From an uncultured Granulosicoccaceae bacterium (GTDB lineage: Bacteria > Pseudomonadota > Gammaproteobacteria > Granulosicoccales > Granulosicoccaceae), in the NCBI GenBank assembly GCA_938035525.1, contig CALHOI010000034.1, positions 3,266 to 67,265 of the forward strand: a stretch of DNA of 64,000 nucleotides, in the 5' to 3' direction. The translations under genes were made by a program, and so were the position numbers. Shown piece after piece: positions 38,735 to 48,772 of this stretch (its first letter is position 1; every line of letters starts with the position of its first letter). The notes under the pieces were generated by a model. It made no database searches and was not told the DNA's origin. It worked only from the letters and a program-made list of their open reading frames with translations.

Positions 38735-40419
38735 GCCTGCTCGCACCTCCATTTATCTATATGCTGGCGGCGCTATTGTGTCCGTTGTTGAGCAGTCGTC
38801 ATCGAGCCTTGTTGCTGTTGATCGTGCCAGTGCTTGGGTTTATATCACTGCTCAGTTTTTCGTATGGTCACCATGCGGTTTTTCACGTGCTTGGTTTTGA
38901 ATTAACCTTTATGCGCGTTGACAAGCTGTCAATGATCTTCAGCATTATTTTTTCAATTGCCGCTTTGCTGGGTGGTATTTACAGCTGGCATGTGCGTGAT
39001 CACATACAGCAAATTGCTACTTTAGTGTATGCTGGGGCGGCTATTGGCGGTGTACTGGCTGGTGATTTAATCAGTTTGTTTTTGTACTGGGAAGCCACGG
39101 CTGTCGCATCGGTGTTTTTGATTTGGGCACGTCGAAGCGCCGCTTCCTATGCCACGGGTATGCGTTATCTTATTATTCAAGTGCTGTCGGGCGTGTTGCT
39201 GTTGGCAGGCTTGTTATTGCACTACAACGACACAGGTTCTATTGCGTTCGATCATCTTGGTTTAGTCAGTCTGGGTACGTGGTTAATTTTTATCGGTTTT
39301 GGCATTAAATGCGCGTTCCCGTTGATGCACAACTGGCTACAGGACTCTTACCCAGCGGCAACGGTCACTGGCACGGTAATATTGTCCGCCTTCACCACGA
39401 AAATGGCTGTGTATGCATTGGCTCGCGGCTACGCTGGTACCGAAATACTCATTTACATTGGCGCCGTCATGACCCTGTTTCCGATCTTCTTTGCAGAGAT
39501 CGAAAACGACCTGCGACGGGTACTGGCCTACAGTCTGAACAACCAATTGGGCTTTATGGTTGTTGGTGTGGGTATCGGTACCGAGATGGCCCTAAATGGT
39601 ACCGCAGCGCATGCGTTTTGCCATATTCTTTATAAAGCCTTGTTGTTTATGAGTGTTGGTGCGGTTTTGTATCGCACCGGTACTTCCAAAGCGTCCGAAT
39701 TGGGCGGTCTATACAAAACCATGCCCGTCACGATGGTGTGTTGTTTGGTTGGTGCGGCATCAATATCGGCGTTTCCGCTGTTCAGTGGTTTTGTTTCCAA
39801 GTCGTTAATTCTCGACGCATCTGCCAAGAATAGTTATTACGTTGTGTGGTTTGCGCTTGTTGTGGCGTCGGCGGGTGTATTAAGTCACTCGGGAATCAAA
39901 ATTCCTTACTTTACTTTTTTCGCTCATGATAGCGGTAAGCGCCCAGCCGAAGCGCCGGTTCATATGCGCATCGCTATGATTGCAACTGCTGTTTTGTGCG
40001 TTCTTATTGGCATTTTTCCTGGCGCTCTTTACGCACTATTGCCTTACGATGTGGAATATAAGCCTTACACGGTTAGCCACGTTTTGGCGCAAATGCAGTT
40101 GTTGTGTTTCGCCTTGCTTGCCTTTGTGTTTTTAATGCGCAAAGGGTTACACCCGCCTGAGGTTAGAGGCGTAAACCTCGACAGTGATTGGTTATACCGC
40201 AAGTTGGCTCCGGGCCTTATGCCTAGCATTGTGGGGCTGGTTGCCTTGCGAGTAACGGCAATGCAAGATGCTGGCGTCAAAGCCGTGAGTGGTTTAATTA
40301 AGCGAATATCTTTTCTTGCACGTCCCGGAGGCATGCTTGCCGTTAGCTGGGGAGTCAACAGTATGGTGTTGGTCGTCACAGTGATGATGCTCATCGTGTT
40401 GCTGTTTAATCTTTTGTAA
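38731..40419 (+). CDS. Na+/H+ antiporter subunit D/A family (copy 3)
   Basis: YWEATAV, KCAFPLMHNW, AFTTK, LAYSLNNQLG, HILYKALLF. Confidence 0.88.
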   Translation: MSLLAPPFIYMLAALLCPLLSSRHRALLLLIVPVLGFISLLSFSYGHHAVFHVLGFELTFMRVDKLSMIFSIIFSIAALLGGIYSWHVRDHIQQIATLVYAGAAIGGVLAGDLISLFLYWEATAVASVFLIWARRSAASYATGMRYLIIQVLSGVLLLAGLLLHYNDTGSIAFDHLGLVSLGTWLIFIGFGIKCAFPLMHNWLQDSYPAATVTGTVILSAFTTKMAVYALARGYAGTEILIYIGAVMTLFPIFFAEIENDLRRVLAYSLNNQLGFMVVGVGIGTEMALNGTAAHAFCHILYKALLFMSVGAVLYRTGTSKASELGGLYKTMPVTMVCCLVGAASISAFPLFSGFVSKSLILDASAKNSYYVVWFALVVASAGVLSHSGIKIPYFTFFAHDSGKRPAEAPVHMRIAMIATAVLCVLIGIFPGALYALLPYDVEYKPYTVSHVLAQMQLLCFALLAFVFLMRKGLHPPEVRGVNLDSDWLYRKLAPGLMPSIVGLVALRVTAMQDAGVKAVSGLIKRISFLARPGGMLAVSWGVNSMVLVVTVMMLIVLLFNLL

Positions 40420-40594
40420 TCAGATCTTGTTTAACCCTTAAAATCTCTGCGCTTATGCCCAGGTTTAAGCCGAACGTGGGTTAGCGGCACAGTATAGCAA
40501 CAGCCATTATGTGAGACGGCTAACAAAAACCTGCGCTATTGAATTTTAGATGACCCCTCGGTCCAGCCGCTAATGACTTAGTAGCGGAGGGCTC

Positions 40595-41524
40595 ATGAAC
40601 AAAAGACAATTTCAGACAGTTCATTCAGCGCGGCCAGTATCCAAATTTTTCAAGTCTGCCATGACGAGTTCGGCACCGTTAAAAGCCACAGCAGCGGTGG
40701 GTTTTTCCTGTGTGTTGATGGCTTGTGGTGGCAGCGCAACAAACACTGACGCAGACCGTCCGGGCGACGCGGGTAATGCGGCGATCAGTGGCACGGTGGT
40801 GTTGGAAGAAAGGAATGGAAAAACGGTGTTTGATGGCTGGTTTACCCAAGGCGATCTTGAGCTAGGCGCGGCCCAGGCTCCGCAAATCATCGAATCGGAT
40901 AGTTGTGTCAGTAGCTCGGTTGACGCGTCCAGCGTTGGTACGATCGTGGATGAAAACGGCGCCATGATGCCTGCCTGGCAAGCCGGGCTGAATGCCATGG
41001 GCGACAAGATAAACATAGATTCGCGAGTGGGCGAGTTCGAATCGCTGTTTGAACAGACGCATGGCGACACCACCGTTTACGCGCCTGAGTACCGTTGGCA
41101 GAGTGAATCTCAACCTGATGATGCTGTTCTGTCGTTTGACGAGTCTTCGGTTTTTGGGAATTTAAATTCTGTTGACGTTGCACCGCTCATTCCGTTGGTC
41201 TGGATTTCGCCAGAGTCGGGTGTGCTGTCGGCAGCAGCTTCCTCCATACGATGGGAAGCCTCCTTTAACAATGAAACTTTAATAAGGCTACGTTTAAGTG
41301 CAATTGATTTTACCGATTCGCAAAACCCAGTCGTGGTGACGGTTGCCTGTCAGTTGGTCGATGATGGGTTGTTCACGTTGCCAGCCGATTTTCAGGAACA
41401 ACTACCAGGCGAGCACTCCGGTATTACCGTGTACGCTGTGCGTGAACGTGTTCAACAGATAATTGGGGATGACTCACAGCTGACTGTTGTGCAATTGAGT
41501 CACCCGACACCCGCTGATCAATAG
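40595..41524 (+). CDS. Hypothetical lipoprotein
   Basis: LMAC-GG lipobox-like motif; 309 aa; no family recognised; start may lie downstream. Confidence 0.6.
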   Translation: MNKRQFQTVHSARPVSKFFKSAMTSSAPLKATAAVGFSCVLMACGGSATNTDADRPGDAGNAAISGTVVLEERNGKTVFDGWFTQGDLELGAAQAPQIIESDSCVSSSVDASSVGTIVDENGAMMPAWQAGLNAMGDKINIDSRVGEFESLFEQTHGDTTVYAPEYRWQSESQPDDAVLSFDESSVFGNLNSVDVAPLIPLVWISPESGVLSAAASSIRWEASFNNETLIRLRLSAIDFTDSQNPVVVTVACQLVDDGLFTLPADFQEQLPGEHSGITVYAVRERVQQIIGDDSQLTVVQLSHPTPADQ

Positions 41525-41561
41525 CATAGACTTACCGTAGCCGGCGCGACGTGCTCGCTTT

Positions 41562-42854
41562 TTAAGGTTCGAACTTGACTTTGTCGCTGACATTGCGCAG
41601 CCGGGGCGGGCGAACCGATGTCATAGTATTGTTCTGCACTTCAAGGCCATCAAGCAGATGGCTTTTACTTTTTCCAAATCCACCGGTGGATATTTCTAAG
41701 GGCACGCAATGCTCTTTGGCAACAATGGTGTTGTTTTGCACCAGGTTGGGTCCATCCATGAGTACCAGTGCAGTGCCTTCGCTACAATGAATGGTGTTGT
41801 CTTCAACCACGTTGTTAATAGACTCATCGGTGAATTGACCGGGTAGCCCGTTGAGTGTGGCGCACCAGCCAAGTGCGTGATTGCGACCTTGCCTTGAAGC
41901 AATTTGAACACCGGTTATACCGTTGTTGATAAAGGTGTTGCCAATGATTTTATTACCGTTTGATGCAGTGGAACGCACAACTGGGCAAACACTGCCTTTG
42001 AGTTCGCCGCAATTCTGGTAAACGTTAATAGCACCTTCGCGGTTATTTAAAAAACGCGTGTTACTGATTTCGCTGTTGTAAGTTGAGTCAATGGCGACGG
42101 CTTCGCGTGTGCGGTTGTTGCTAATAATAGAATTGCTTAGTTTTATATTATGGCTGCCTGCTTCTGAATACACGGCAATGCGCTCTGTGCCATCAATATG
42201 TACTCTGTTCATCACAATGTTTTCACTGAAGTTGCCAAGATAAATGCCCACTTGTGAGCCTTCAATGTTGATGTCTTCAAACAGAACATTGTTATGTCCA
42301 ATGGGCAGAGCCTCGGTTTCATCGAGTTTGCCGTCGCCTCCGAGTTGGCCACCAAAAAAGCGGGTCATTTGTATGCCGGCGTGGAAGGTGCCGCGCATGG
42401 TGCAATTTTTTACGTTTATATCGGACAGCGACCGATCATCATAAAAACGCACGAACGGCATTTGCTTTGCACGGCTGCTTGGGACTATGTTTGCGGCGGA
42501 TTTTTCGCTCCAGCCATGATCTATTACGCCACCTTTGCAATCGAGTGTTTTATTTGATCGATCGAAAATTGCACTGAAATTGATGGATTGTTCGGCATCG
42601 CAAAATGCCAAATCACTGTCCATCAGCACACAGGTGTGTTCGGCAATATCTTCAGCGCTCAGGCAGCCATTGAATTCGCTGGCGCGTTTGATAATGTTAC
42701 ATGCCTGAATCCGTGTGTCGGTGTGGGGCAGAGTGCAATCAATTTGCGTTTGGGCTGCAATAACGGTTGCACATGAGCCGCACATTGCCATTGCGACGCA
42801 CAGAGTGGCCACAATGGGGAATTTGTTGGTGTTTTTGGTGATATTGGATGCCAT
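41562..42854 (-). CDS. Secreted right-handed parallel beta-helix (pectin lyase-fold) protein
   Basis: Signal-like N-terminus; repeated Asn/Ile ladder strands (NIKLSNSIISNN, NKIIGNTFINN); several Cys pairs. Confidence 0.7.
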   Translation of the reverse strand: MASNITKNTNKFPIVATLCVAMAMCGSCATVIAAQTQIDCTLPHTDTRIQACNIIKRASEFNGCLSAEDIAEHTCVLMDSDLAFCDAEQSINFSAIFDRSNKTLDCKGGVIDHGWSEKSAANIVPSSRAKQMPFVRFYDDRSLSDINVKNCTMRGTFHAGIQMTRFFGGQLGGDGKLDETEALPIGHNNVLFEDINIEGSQVGIYLGNFSENIVMNRVHIDGTERIAVYSEAGSHNIKLSNSIISNNRTREAVAIDSTYNSEISNTRFLNNREGAINVYQNCGELKGSVCPVVRSTASNGNKIIGNTFINNGITGVQIASRQGRNHALGWCATLNGLPGQFTDESINNVVEDNTIHCSEGTALVLMDGPNLVQNNTIVAKEHCVPLEISTGGFGKSKSHLLDGLEVQNNTMTSVRPPRLRNVSDKVKFEP

Positions 42855-42891
42855 GTCCTGTCACAGCAAAAACTGCTCCCATACACCGGGT

Positions 42892-43512
42892 TTATCGCTC
42901 TAGTTTTGCTGCCTCTTTGGCAAGACGGGTGATTTGGTCCCAATCATTTGCGTTGACTGCCGTCTTGGGCGCGACCCAGGAGCCGCCAACACAAGCCACA
43001 TTTGCCAGGCTCAGGTACTCGTTAGCCGACGCTGCGTTAATGCCACCTGTGGGGCAGAAGACAATGTCAGTAAAAGGGCCGCCGAGGGCTTTGAGCATGG
43101 TAGGTCCGCCGGCTTGCTTTGCTGGAAAAAATTTGAGTTCAGTGCAGCCGTGATCACGAGCATGGATGATATCAGCCGGGGTCATGACGCCTGGGAGTAG
43201 GGGTAAGGATAAGTCTTGCGCTGTCTTGCCAAGTGCACTGCTAAATCCAGGGCTAACGGCAAAACGAGCGCCATGATCTTTTGCGCGTTTTAAATCGTCT
43301 GGGTTTAACGCAGTACCGACACCGACGACGGCACCTTTAACTGATGTCATGGCCTGCATGGCCTGCAATGCTGCCGGTGTGCGAAGAGTGACTTCCAGAA
43401 CGGGTAAACCACCTGCAACCAAAGCCGTGGCAAGAGGGATGGCCTGTTCAGGATCATCAATAACCAGCACGGGGATAACGGGCGCCATGTCCATTAATTC
43501 TCTGACTTTCAT
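42892..43512 (-). CDS. eda: KDPG/KHG aldolase
   Basis: LEVTLRT, FAVSPG, LKFFPA, FCPTGGI, CVGGSW. Confidence 0.97.
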   Translation of the reverse strand: MKVRELMDMAPVIPVLVIDDPEQAIPLATALVAGGLPVLEVTLRTPAALQAMQAMTSVKGAVVGVGTALNPDDLKRAKDHGARFAVSPGFSSALGKTAQDLSLPLLPGVMTPADIIHARDHGCTELKFFPAKQAGGPTMLKALGGPFTDIVFCPTGGINAASANEYLSLANVACVGGSWVAPKTAVNANDWDQITRLAKEAAKLER

Positions 43513-43560
43513 ATGGCAAGCTTTCTCTTGTTTGTATAAAACATGTTTGCGTAATACTGG

Positions 43561-45378
43561 TTAGAACGCACTGATGGCACCGGTTTCGGCAGTGCTGACG
43601 TGCGCGCGCATACCAGCGAATAAGGTGCGTCCTGTGTCATTGTGTTCGGACAGGTCTGGGTGTTCGTGGGTTCGTGCGTCCCAGTCTGCGTCGTCGACCA
43701 GTGCGTTTAATTCACCGGTTAGGGTGTTCATTTCTATTATGTCGCCCTGTTTGACTTTGTCCAATGGACCATCGAGCAAACATTCTGGTGATACGTGTAT
43801 TGCAGCTGGCACCTTGCCCGATGCACCCGACATGCGGCCGTCGGTAACCAAACCGACTTGATAGCCTCTGTCGAGCAACACGCCCAGTATCGGCGTAAGC
43901 TGGTGCAGCTCTGGCATGCCGTTGGCGCGCGGGCCCTGGTATTTTATGATGGCGACAAAATCACGATTGAGCTCGTCTTTCTCGAATGCTTCTTTTAACG
44001 CAAGCTGAGAATGAAAGATTTCCGCTGGTGCTTTTATGATGCGGTGCTTCTCTTTAACAGCTGCAGTTTTAACTACCGCGCGACCCAAGTTGCCGTGCAT
44101 CAGGCGCAAGCCGCCATCAGCCATAAATGGTTTGTCAACGGTTGCTATGATGGTTTCATCAAGCGACTTCTCGGGGCCGGGGCGCCATTCGAGCTTGTCG
44201 GCATTTAACCACGGCTCATCGGTGTAGCGACGCAAGCCGCCATCTCCTGCCACGGTGGTCACATCATTGTGCAGTAGTCCGGCGTCGAGTAGTTCGCGAA
44301 TCACTAAAGCCAAGCCGCCCGCAGCATGAAACTGGTTAACATCGGCTTGCCCACTTGGATAAATGTGTGTCAGTGAGGGGATTACGTGGCTGAGCTCATC
44401 GAAGTCGTTCCAGTCAATCACGATACCTGCCGCCTTCGCTATGGCAACCAGATGCAACGTGTGATTGGTTGAGCCAGCGGTGGCCAGTAAGCCGATAATG
44501 CCATTGACGATGGTTTTTTCATCGACCATCTTACCTACTGGTGTGAATTCGTTGCCGCGCGATGTTAGCTGCAATGCGCGTGTGGCAGCAGCAGCGGTGA
44601 GTTGCTCTCGCATTGGCGTGCCAGGGTTGATAAAAGCAGCGCCGGGCAAATGCAAACCCATTATTTCCATTAACATTTGATTGCTGTTGGCAGTGCCGTA
44701 AAAGGTACATGTGCCAGGACCATGATACGACTGACTTTCCGATTCCAGCAGTTCTTGTCTGGTGGCCTTGCCTTCGGCAAAGCGTTGTCGGGTACGGGCT
44801 TTATCTTTGTTGGATAAGCCAGTGGTCATTGGGCCTGCGGGAATAAACACTGCGGGTAAATGACCAAAACTTAGCGCACCCATTAATAAGCCAGGAACGA
44901 TTTTATCGCACACGCCCAGAAACACACCAGCATCGAACATGTTATGCGACAGAGCAATAGCGGTGGACATGGCAATGACATCTCGGCTAAACAGTGAGAG
45001 CTCCATGCCTGGCTGGCCTTGTGTTACGCCATCGCACATCGCTGGCGTACCACCTGCGAACTGCGCGGTTGCTCCAACTTTTTGCGCAGCCCGTTTTATA
45101 ATATCCGGGTAGGTGACAAATGGCTGATGCGCTGAAAGCATCTCATTGTAGGAGCTGACGATTGCCAGATTTGGCTGATCTTCGGCGTGCAAAACAAGCT
45201 TATCATTGGGTGTGGCCGTTGCGACTGCGTGGGCAATATTAGTGCACGATAAGTTGCCGCGCTGGGCACGTTTGCCGCTGAGTTTTTCAACGCTCTGAAG
45301 GTACGCATCTCGGCTCGACTGGCTGCGTTTTATTACGCGCTCAGTCACCTTGGATACGGTTACGTTTGGTTTGGTCAT
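43561..45378 (-). CDS. edd: Phosphogluconate dehydratase
   Basis: [42 protein letters not shown]. Confidence 0.97.
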   Translation of the reverse strand: MTKPNVTVSKVTERVIKRSQSSRDAYLQSVEKLSGKRAQRGNLSCTNIAHAVATATPNDKLVLHAEDQPNLAIVSSYNEMLSAHQPFVTYPDIIKRAAQKVGATAQFAGGTPAMCDGVTQGQPGMELSLFSRDVIAMSTAIALSHNMFDAGVFLGVCDKIVPGLLMGALSFGHLPAVFIPAGPMTTGLSNKDKARTRQRFAEGKATRQELLESESQSYHGPGTCTFYGTANSNQMLMEIMGLHLPGAAFINPGTPMREQLTAAAATRALQLTSRGNEFTPVGKMVDEKTIVNGIIGLLATAGSTNHTLHLVAIAKAAGIVIDWNDFDELSHVIPSLTHIYPSGQADVNQFHAAGGLALVIRELLDAGLLHNDVTTVAGDGGLRRYTDEPWLNADKLEWRPGPEKSLDETIIATVDKPFMADGGLRLMHGNLGRAVVKTAAVKEKHRIIKAPAEIFHSQLALKEAFEKDELNRDFVAIIKYQGPRANGMPELHQLTPILGVLLDRGYQVGLVTDGRMSGASGKVPAAIHVSPECLLDGPLDKVKQGDIIEMNTLTGELNALVDDADWDARTHEHPDLSEHNDTGRTLFAGMRAHVSTAETGAISAF

Positions 45379-45465
45379 GGTGGATTGCGATAGACTTTAA
45401 GTAAAAAAGCTACTTCAATTATGGCATATATGCCGCCAAATATCTGCTTCATGCTGTGTAGGCAT

Positions 45466-45501
45466 TGTAGTTTTTACTAATATTTAGGTAATAAAACTAC
45501 A
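45466..45501. promoter_or_regulatory. HexR-type operator(s) in the edd/zwf divergent promoter
   Basis: GGTAATAAAACTACA (45487-45501) plus inverted half-site TGTAGTTTT (45466); fits TGTART-N3-AYTACA; hexR is in the adjacent operon. Confidence 0.7.
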
Positions 45502-45671
45502 CAATCGATTCGCTTGCTATTACACTTATAATGTCGCAGCGGTAGTGCGGCGTGTGAATGCGCTTATCAACTCGTTAAGCAACGATAGTTCTTTAAAACG
45601 CGATAGTGCTTAAAAAAACAGAATTGTACAGCCCAGAACTTGTACATCCATAACATTGTGTCATCACCACT

Positions 45672-47150
45672 ATGAATAAAGACAAACCGGCTGATATTAC
45701 AAATCCTTTCGACTTTGTGCTTTTTGGCGGCACTGGGGATTTGTCGCTGCGTAAACTTTTGCCGGCTTTGTATTTTCGTCACTGCGAAGCTCAGCTACAC
45801 GGTGATGGGCGCATTATTTGTGTTGCCCGACGAGACATGAATACCGAACAGTTTATCGAATTCATTCAACAGGAAGTTATCCAGCACATCCCGAGCGAAC
45901 ACTTCAAGCAAGCTTCCTGGGACGGGTTTATCGAGCGCATTCAGTATTTGCAGCTAGACGTCACTACGCTGGATGGGTACAACGTGCTTGGCGAAATGCT
46001 TTCCGGTAGAGAGCAAGTTGCGCGAGTTTTCTATTTGTCGGTTGCGCCCAGTTTGTTCGAACCCATATGCGCCAAAGTCAGTGAAGCGGGTCTTATTTCA
46101 AAAAGCACCCGAGTAGCACTGGAAAAACCGCTGGGGCGTGATCGAGCGTCCGCCAACGAAATCAACGACCAGCTGGCACGGGTGTTTGACGAATCTCAAA
46201 TTTTTCGTATCGATCATTACCTTGGCAAGGAAACCGTGCAGAATTTAATGGCTTTGCGTTTTGGTAATGCCTTGTTTGAACCGCTGTGGCGGCGAGAACA
46301 CATCAGTGATGTGCAAATTACAATCGCCGAGAGCCTGGGTGTTGGGACACGCGGTGGCTTTTATGATCAAACCGGTGCTTTGCGAGACATGGTTCAAAAT
46401 CACCTGTTGCAGCTATTGGTTATATTGTCCATGGAGCCGCCGGCCAGTTCCGATTCCGATGCCATCAGAGATGAAAAAATAAAAGTGCTGCGCGCCCTTA
46501 AGCCGCTGGTTGGTCTTGATGCGGTTGAAAGCACGGTAAGAGGGCAGTACAAGGCTGGTGCGTATGCCGACGGTCCGGTGCCGGGCTATCTTGAAAACGA
46601 GACCGTACCCGATGACAGTAACACTGAAACCTTTGTAGCAATAAGGGCCGAAATCGAATCGTGGCGATGGGCTGGTGTGCCGTTCTATTTGCGCACAGGC
46701 AAGCACATGGAAAGCAAGCTCACCGAAATCATTATTAATTTTCAAAAGGTGCCGCATTCTATTTATGAAACGGCCGATGGTTTCTCAACACCTAATCAGT
46801 TGGTTATACGATTGCAACCGCAAGAAAGCATTCGTATGCGTGTTTACGTTAAAGCATGGGGTGATGATAATCAGCTTCAGCCGGTGCATTTAAACCTCGA
46901 CTTTAACGATGTGTTTAAAAAACGTCAGATGATCGCCTACGAACGCTTGTGTATGGATATTATTAAGGGTAATCAAACCTTGTTTATGCGACGTGACGAA
47001 GTTGATGCCGCATGGGCCTGGATTGATCCCATTCGCGAGGCGTGGAAAACACATAATGTTGTACCCAAAGGGTATACCGCTGGCACCATGGGGCCAGCGG
47101 CGGCCAACGCACTGATCAGTCGAGAGGGTTTAAAATGGTACGAGGACTAA
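45672..47150 (+). CDS. zwf: Glucose-6-phosphate 1-dehydrogenase
   Basis: GGTGDL, EKPLG, RIDHYLGKE, DMVQNH, GVPFYLRTGK. Confidence 0.98.
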   Translation: MNKDKPADITNPFDFVLFGGTGDLSLRKLLPALYFRHCEAQLHGDGRIICVARRDMNTEQFIEFIQQEVIQHIPSEHFKQASWDGFIERIQYLQLDVTTLDGYNVLGEMLSGREQVARVFYLSVAPSLFEPICAKVSEAGLISKSTRVALEKPLGRDRASANEINDQLARVFDESQIFRIDHYLGKETVQNLMALRFGNALFEPLWRREHISDVQITIAESLGVGTRGGFYDQTGALRDMVQNHLLQLLVILSMEPPASSDSDAIRDEKIKVLRALKPLVGLDAVESTVRGQYKAGAYADGPVPGYLENETVPDDSNTETFVAIRAEIESWRWAGVPFYLRTGKHMESKLTEIIINFQKVPHSIYETADGFSTPNQLVIRLQPQESIRMRVYVKAWGDDNQLQPVHLNLDFNDVFKKRQMIAYERLCMDIIKGNQTLFMRRDEVDAAWAWIDPIREAWKTHNVVPKGYTAGTMGPAAANALISREGLKWYED

Positions 47151-47845
47151 GCGAAGCGCAGTGGACTCAAGCGGCCGATGCCGATGCCATTGCAGACAAA
47201 CTGGCATCAGCTGTCGAACAAAACCTCAGAGAAGCCATCGGTGATCTGGGCCGCGCCAGTTTGGTGGTTTCTGGCGGCAGCACCCCACTGCCATTTTTTA
47301 AAGCGTTATCGCAAGCTGACTTGGATTGGTCATCGGTCGATGTCACATTGGCAGATGAGCGGTGGGTGCCCGAATCGCACGAAGACAGCAACGCAAGTTT
47401 TGTTAAAGAACATTTTTTAGTTGGGCCGGCTGCCGCGGCAAGATTCTTCCCACTGTATCGCGATAACACGCCCGCTTATGCCTTAGCAGACATCGAGCAA
47501 GTACTTGGCGCCATGTGCCAGCCGTTCAGTGTTGTGATTCTGGGTATGGGAGGCGATGGACACACGGCCTCCTTGTTTCCACAAACGCCCGGCCTGGATG
47601 CGGCGCTAAGCTTGGATTGCAGCGCCATGCTAGCCATTCTGAAGCCCGCTTCGGTGCCACAAACCCGTATTACGCTCACACGAGCGGCTTTACTGAAATC
47701 CCGTTATCGTTATGTGCACATAACCGGGCAGGCCAAACGCGATGTGCTTGAGGCCGCGCTGGCGCCTGATGTTAAAAAACCGTTGCCGATTGCGTCTTTT
47801 TTTGAAAAACATCTGCCGCCTGTATCGGTATACTGGGCACCTTAA
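47135..47845 (+). CDS. pgl: 6-phosphogluconolactonase
   Basis: SGGSTP, DERWV, LGMGGDGHTASLFP, RITLT. Confidence 0.95.
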   Translation: MVRGLSEAQWTQAADADAIADKLASAVEQNLREAIGDLGRASLVVSGGSTPLPFFKALSQADLDWSSVDVTLADERWVPESHEDSNASFVKEHFLVGPAAAARFFPLYRDNTPAYALADIEQVLGAMCQPFSVVILGMGGDGHTASLFPQTPGLDAALSLDCSAMLAILKPASVPQTRITLTRAALLKSRYRYVHITGQAKRDVLEAALAPDVKKPLPIASFFEKHLPPVSVYWAP

Positions 47846-47864
47846 TGGTCCCTGTGCATAGGCT

Positions 47865-48695
47865 ATGCTGGCAAAAATAAAATCGGCACGAGACGGTCTT
47901 AGAAAATCTGAACAAAAAGTCGCTGACGTCATTTTGGCCGATCCCGACAATAGCGTGCAGTCGTCCATTCAGGCGATTGCAACAAAAGCATCAGTCAGTG
48001 AGCCCACGGTTATCCGCTTTTGTCGTGCGCTTGACTGCGTCGGCTTCCAGCAATTCAAGTTGCGTCTGGCGCAAGACTTAGCCAGCCGTGGTACCTTTTT
48101 CTATCGTGACGTCACACCCGAAGACTCGTCCAAAGAGCTAACCGGAAAACTGATTGACGGAGCTATTGCATCGCTTGTGCATGTGCGCAATCAACTTAAT
48201 TACGAGTCGCTGGATAAGGCCATTGAGTTTTACGTTAACTGTGACCGAATAGAACTCTACGGTTCTGGAGGCTCTGCCATAGTTGCTGAGGATGCGCAGC
48301 TAAAATTGTTTCGGTTAGGCAAACCGGCCATAGCGTATTCCGATCCTCACATACAACATTCGGCGGCGGCGCTGCTGGACGAAAAAGCATTGGTGATTGC
48401 AATATCGCATTCGGGACGTAATCAGGATCTACTGACCAGTGCGCAAATAGCGAAGGACTCACGCGCTAAAGTGATCAGTGTTACTGCCACCAAATCACCG
48501 CTTGCTGAATTATCTGATGTGAATCTCAGTGTGGATGTCGCCGAAGACAGCGATATTTTTTCGCCGGTTAAATCACGACTGGCGCAAATGGTTGTGCTGG
48601 ATATTCTCGCGGTCGGCGTGGCAGTGCAGGGTGGTGAGGCCATGCTTCAGCAACTGGCTAAAGCACGCCGCGCAATCGACTTCAAGTTTGTTTGA
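47865..48695 (+). CDS. hexR: RpiR-family regulator HexR
   Basis: SEPTVIRFCR HTH plus SIS domain (ISHSG); follows zwf-pgl. Confidence 0.88.
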   Translation: MLAKIKSARDGLRKSEQKVADVILADPDNSVQSSIQAIATKASVSEPTVIRFCRALDCVGFQQFKLRLAQDLASRGTFFYRDVTPEDSSKELTGKLIDGAIASLVHVRNQLNYESLDKAIEFYVNCDRIELYGSGGSAIVAEDAQLKLFRLGKPAIAYSDPHIQHSAAALLDEKALVIAISHSGRNQDLLTSAQIAKDSRAKVISVTATKSPLAELSDVNLSVDVAEDSDIFSPVKSRLAQMVVLDILAVGVAVQGGEAMLQQLAKARRAIDFKFV

Positions 48696-48723
48696 GTGTG
48701 CGTTTTTTGAGTGGTCGTGTAGG

Positions 48724-48755
48724 AAAGCCGCAGTGTGAATCTCCGCGGCTTTTTT
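48724..48755. terminator. Probable bidirectional intrinsic terminator
   Basis: aaagccgc...gcggcttttt hairpin between convergent genes. Confidence 0.65.
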
Positions 48756-48772
48756 AGGGTCTAAATTTATCT

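Noticed and set aside
32715-40419. Membrane-bound hydrogenase or complex I module
   Set aside because: No NiFe, Fe-S or NuoB/C/D/H/I-like subunits are adjacent; all genes fit Mrp.
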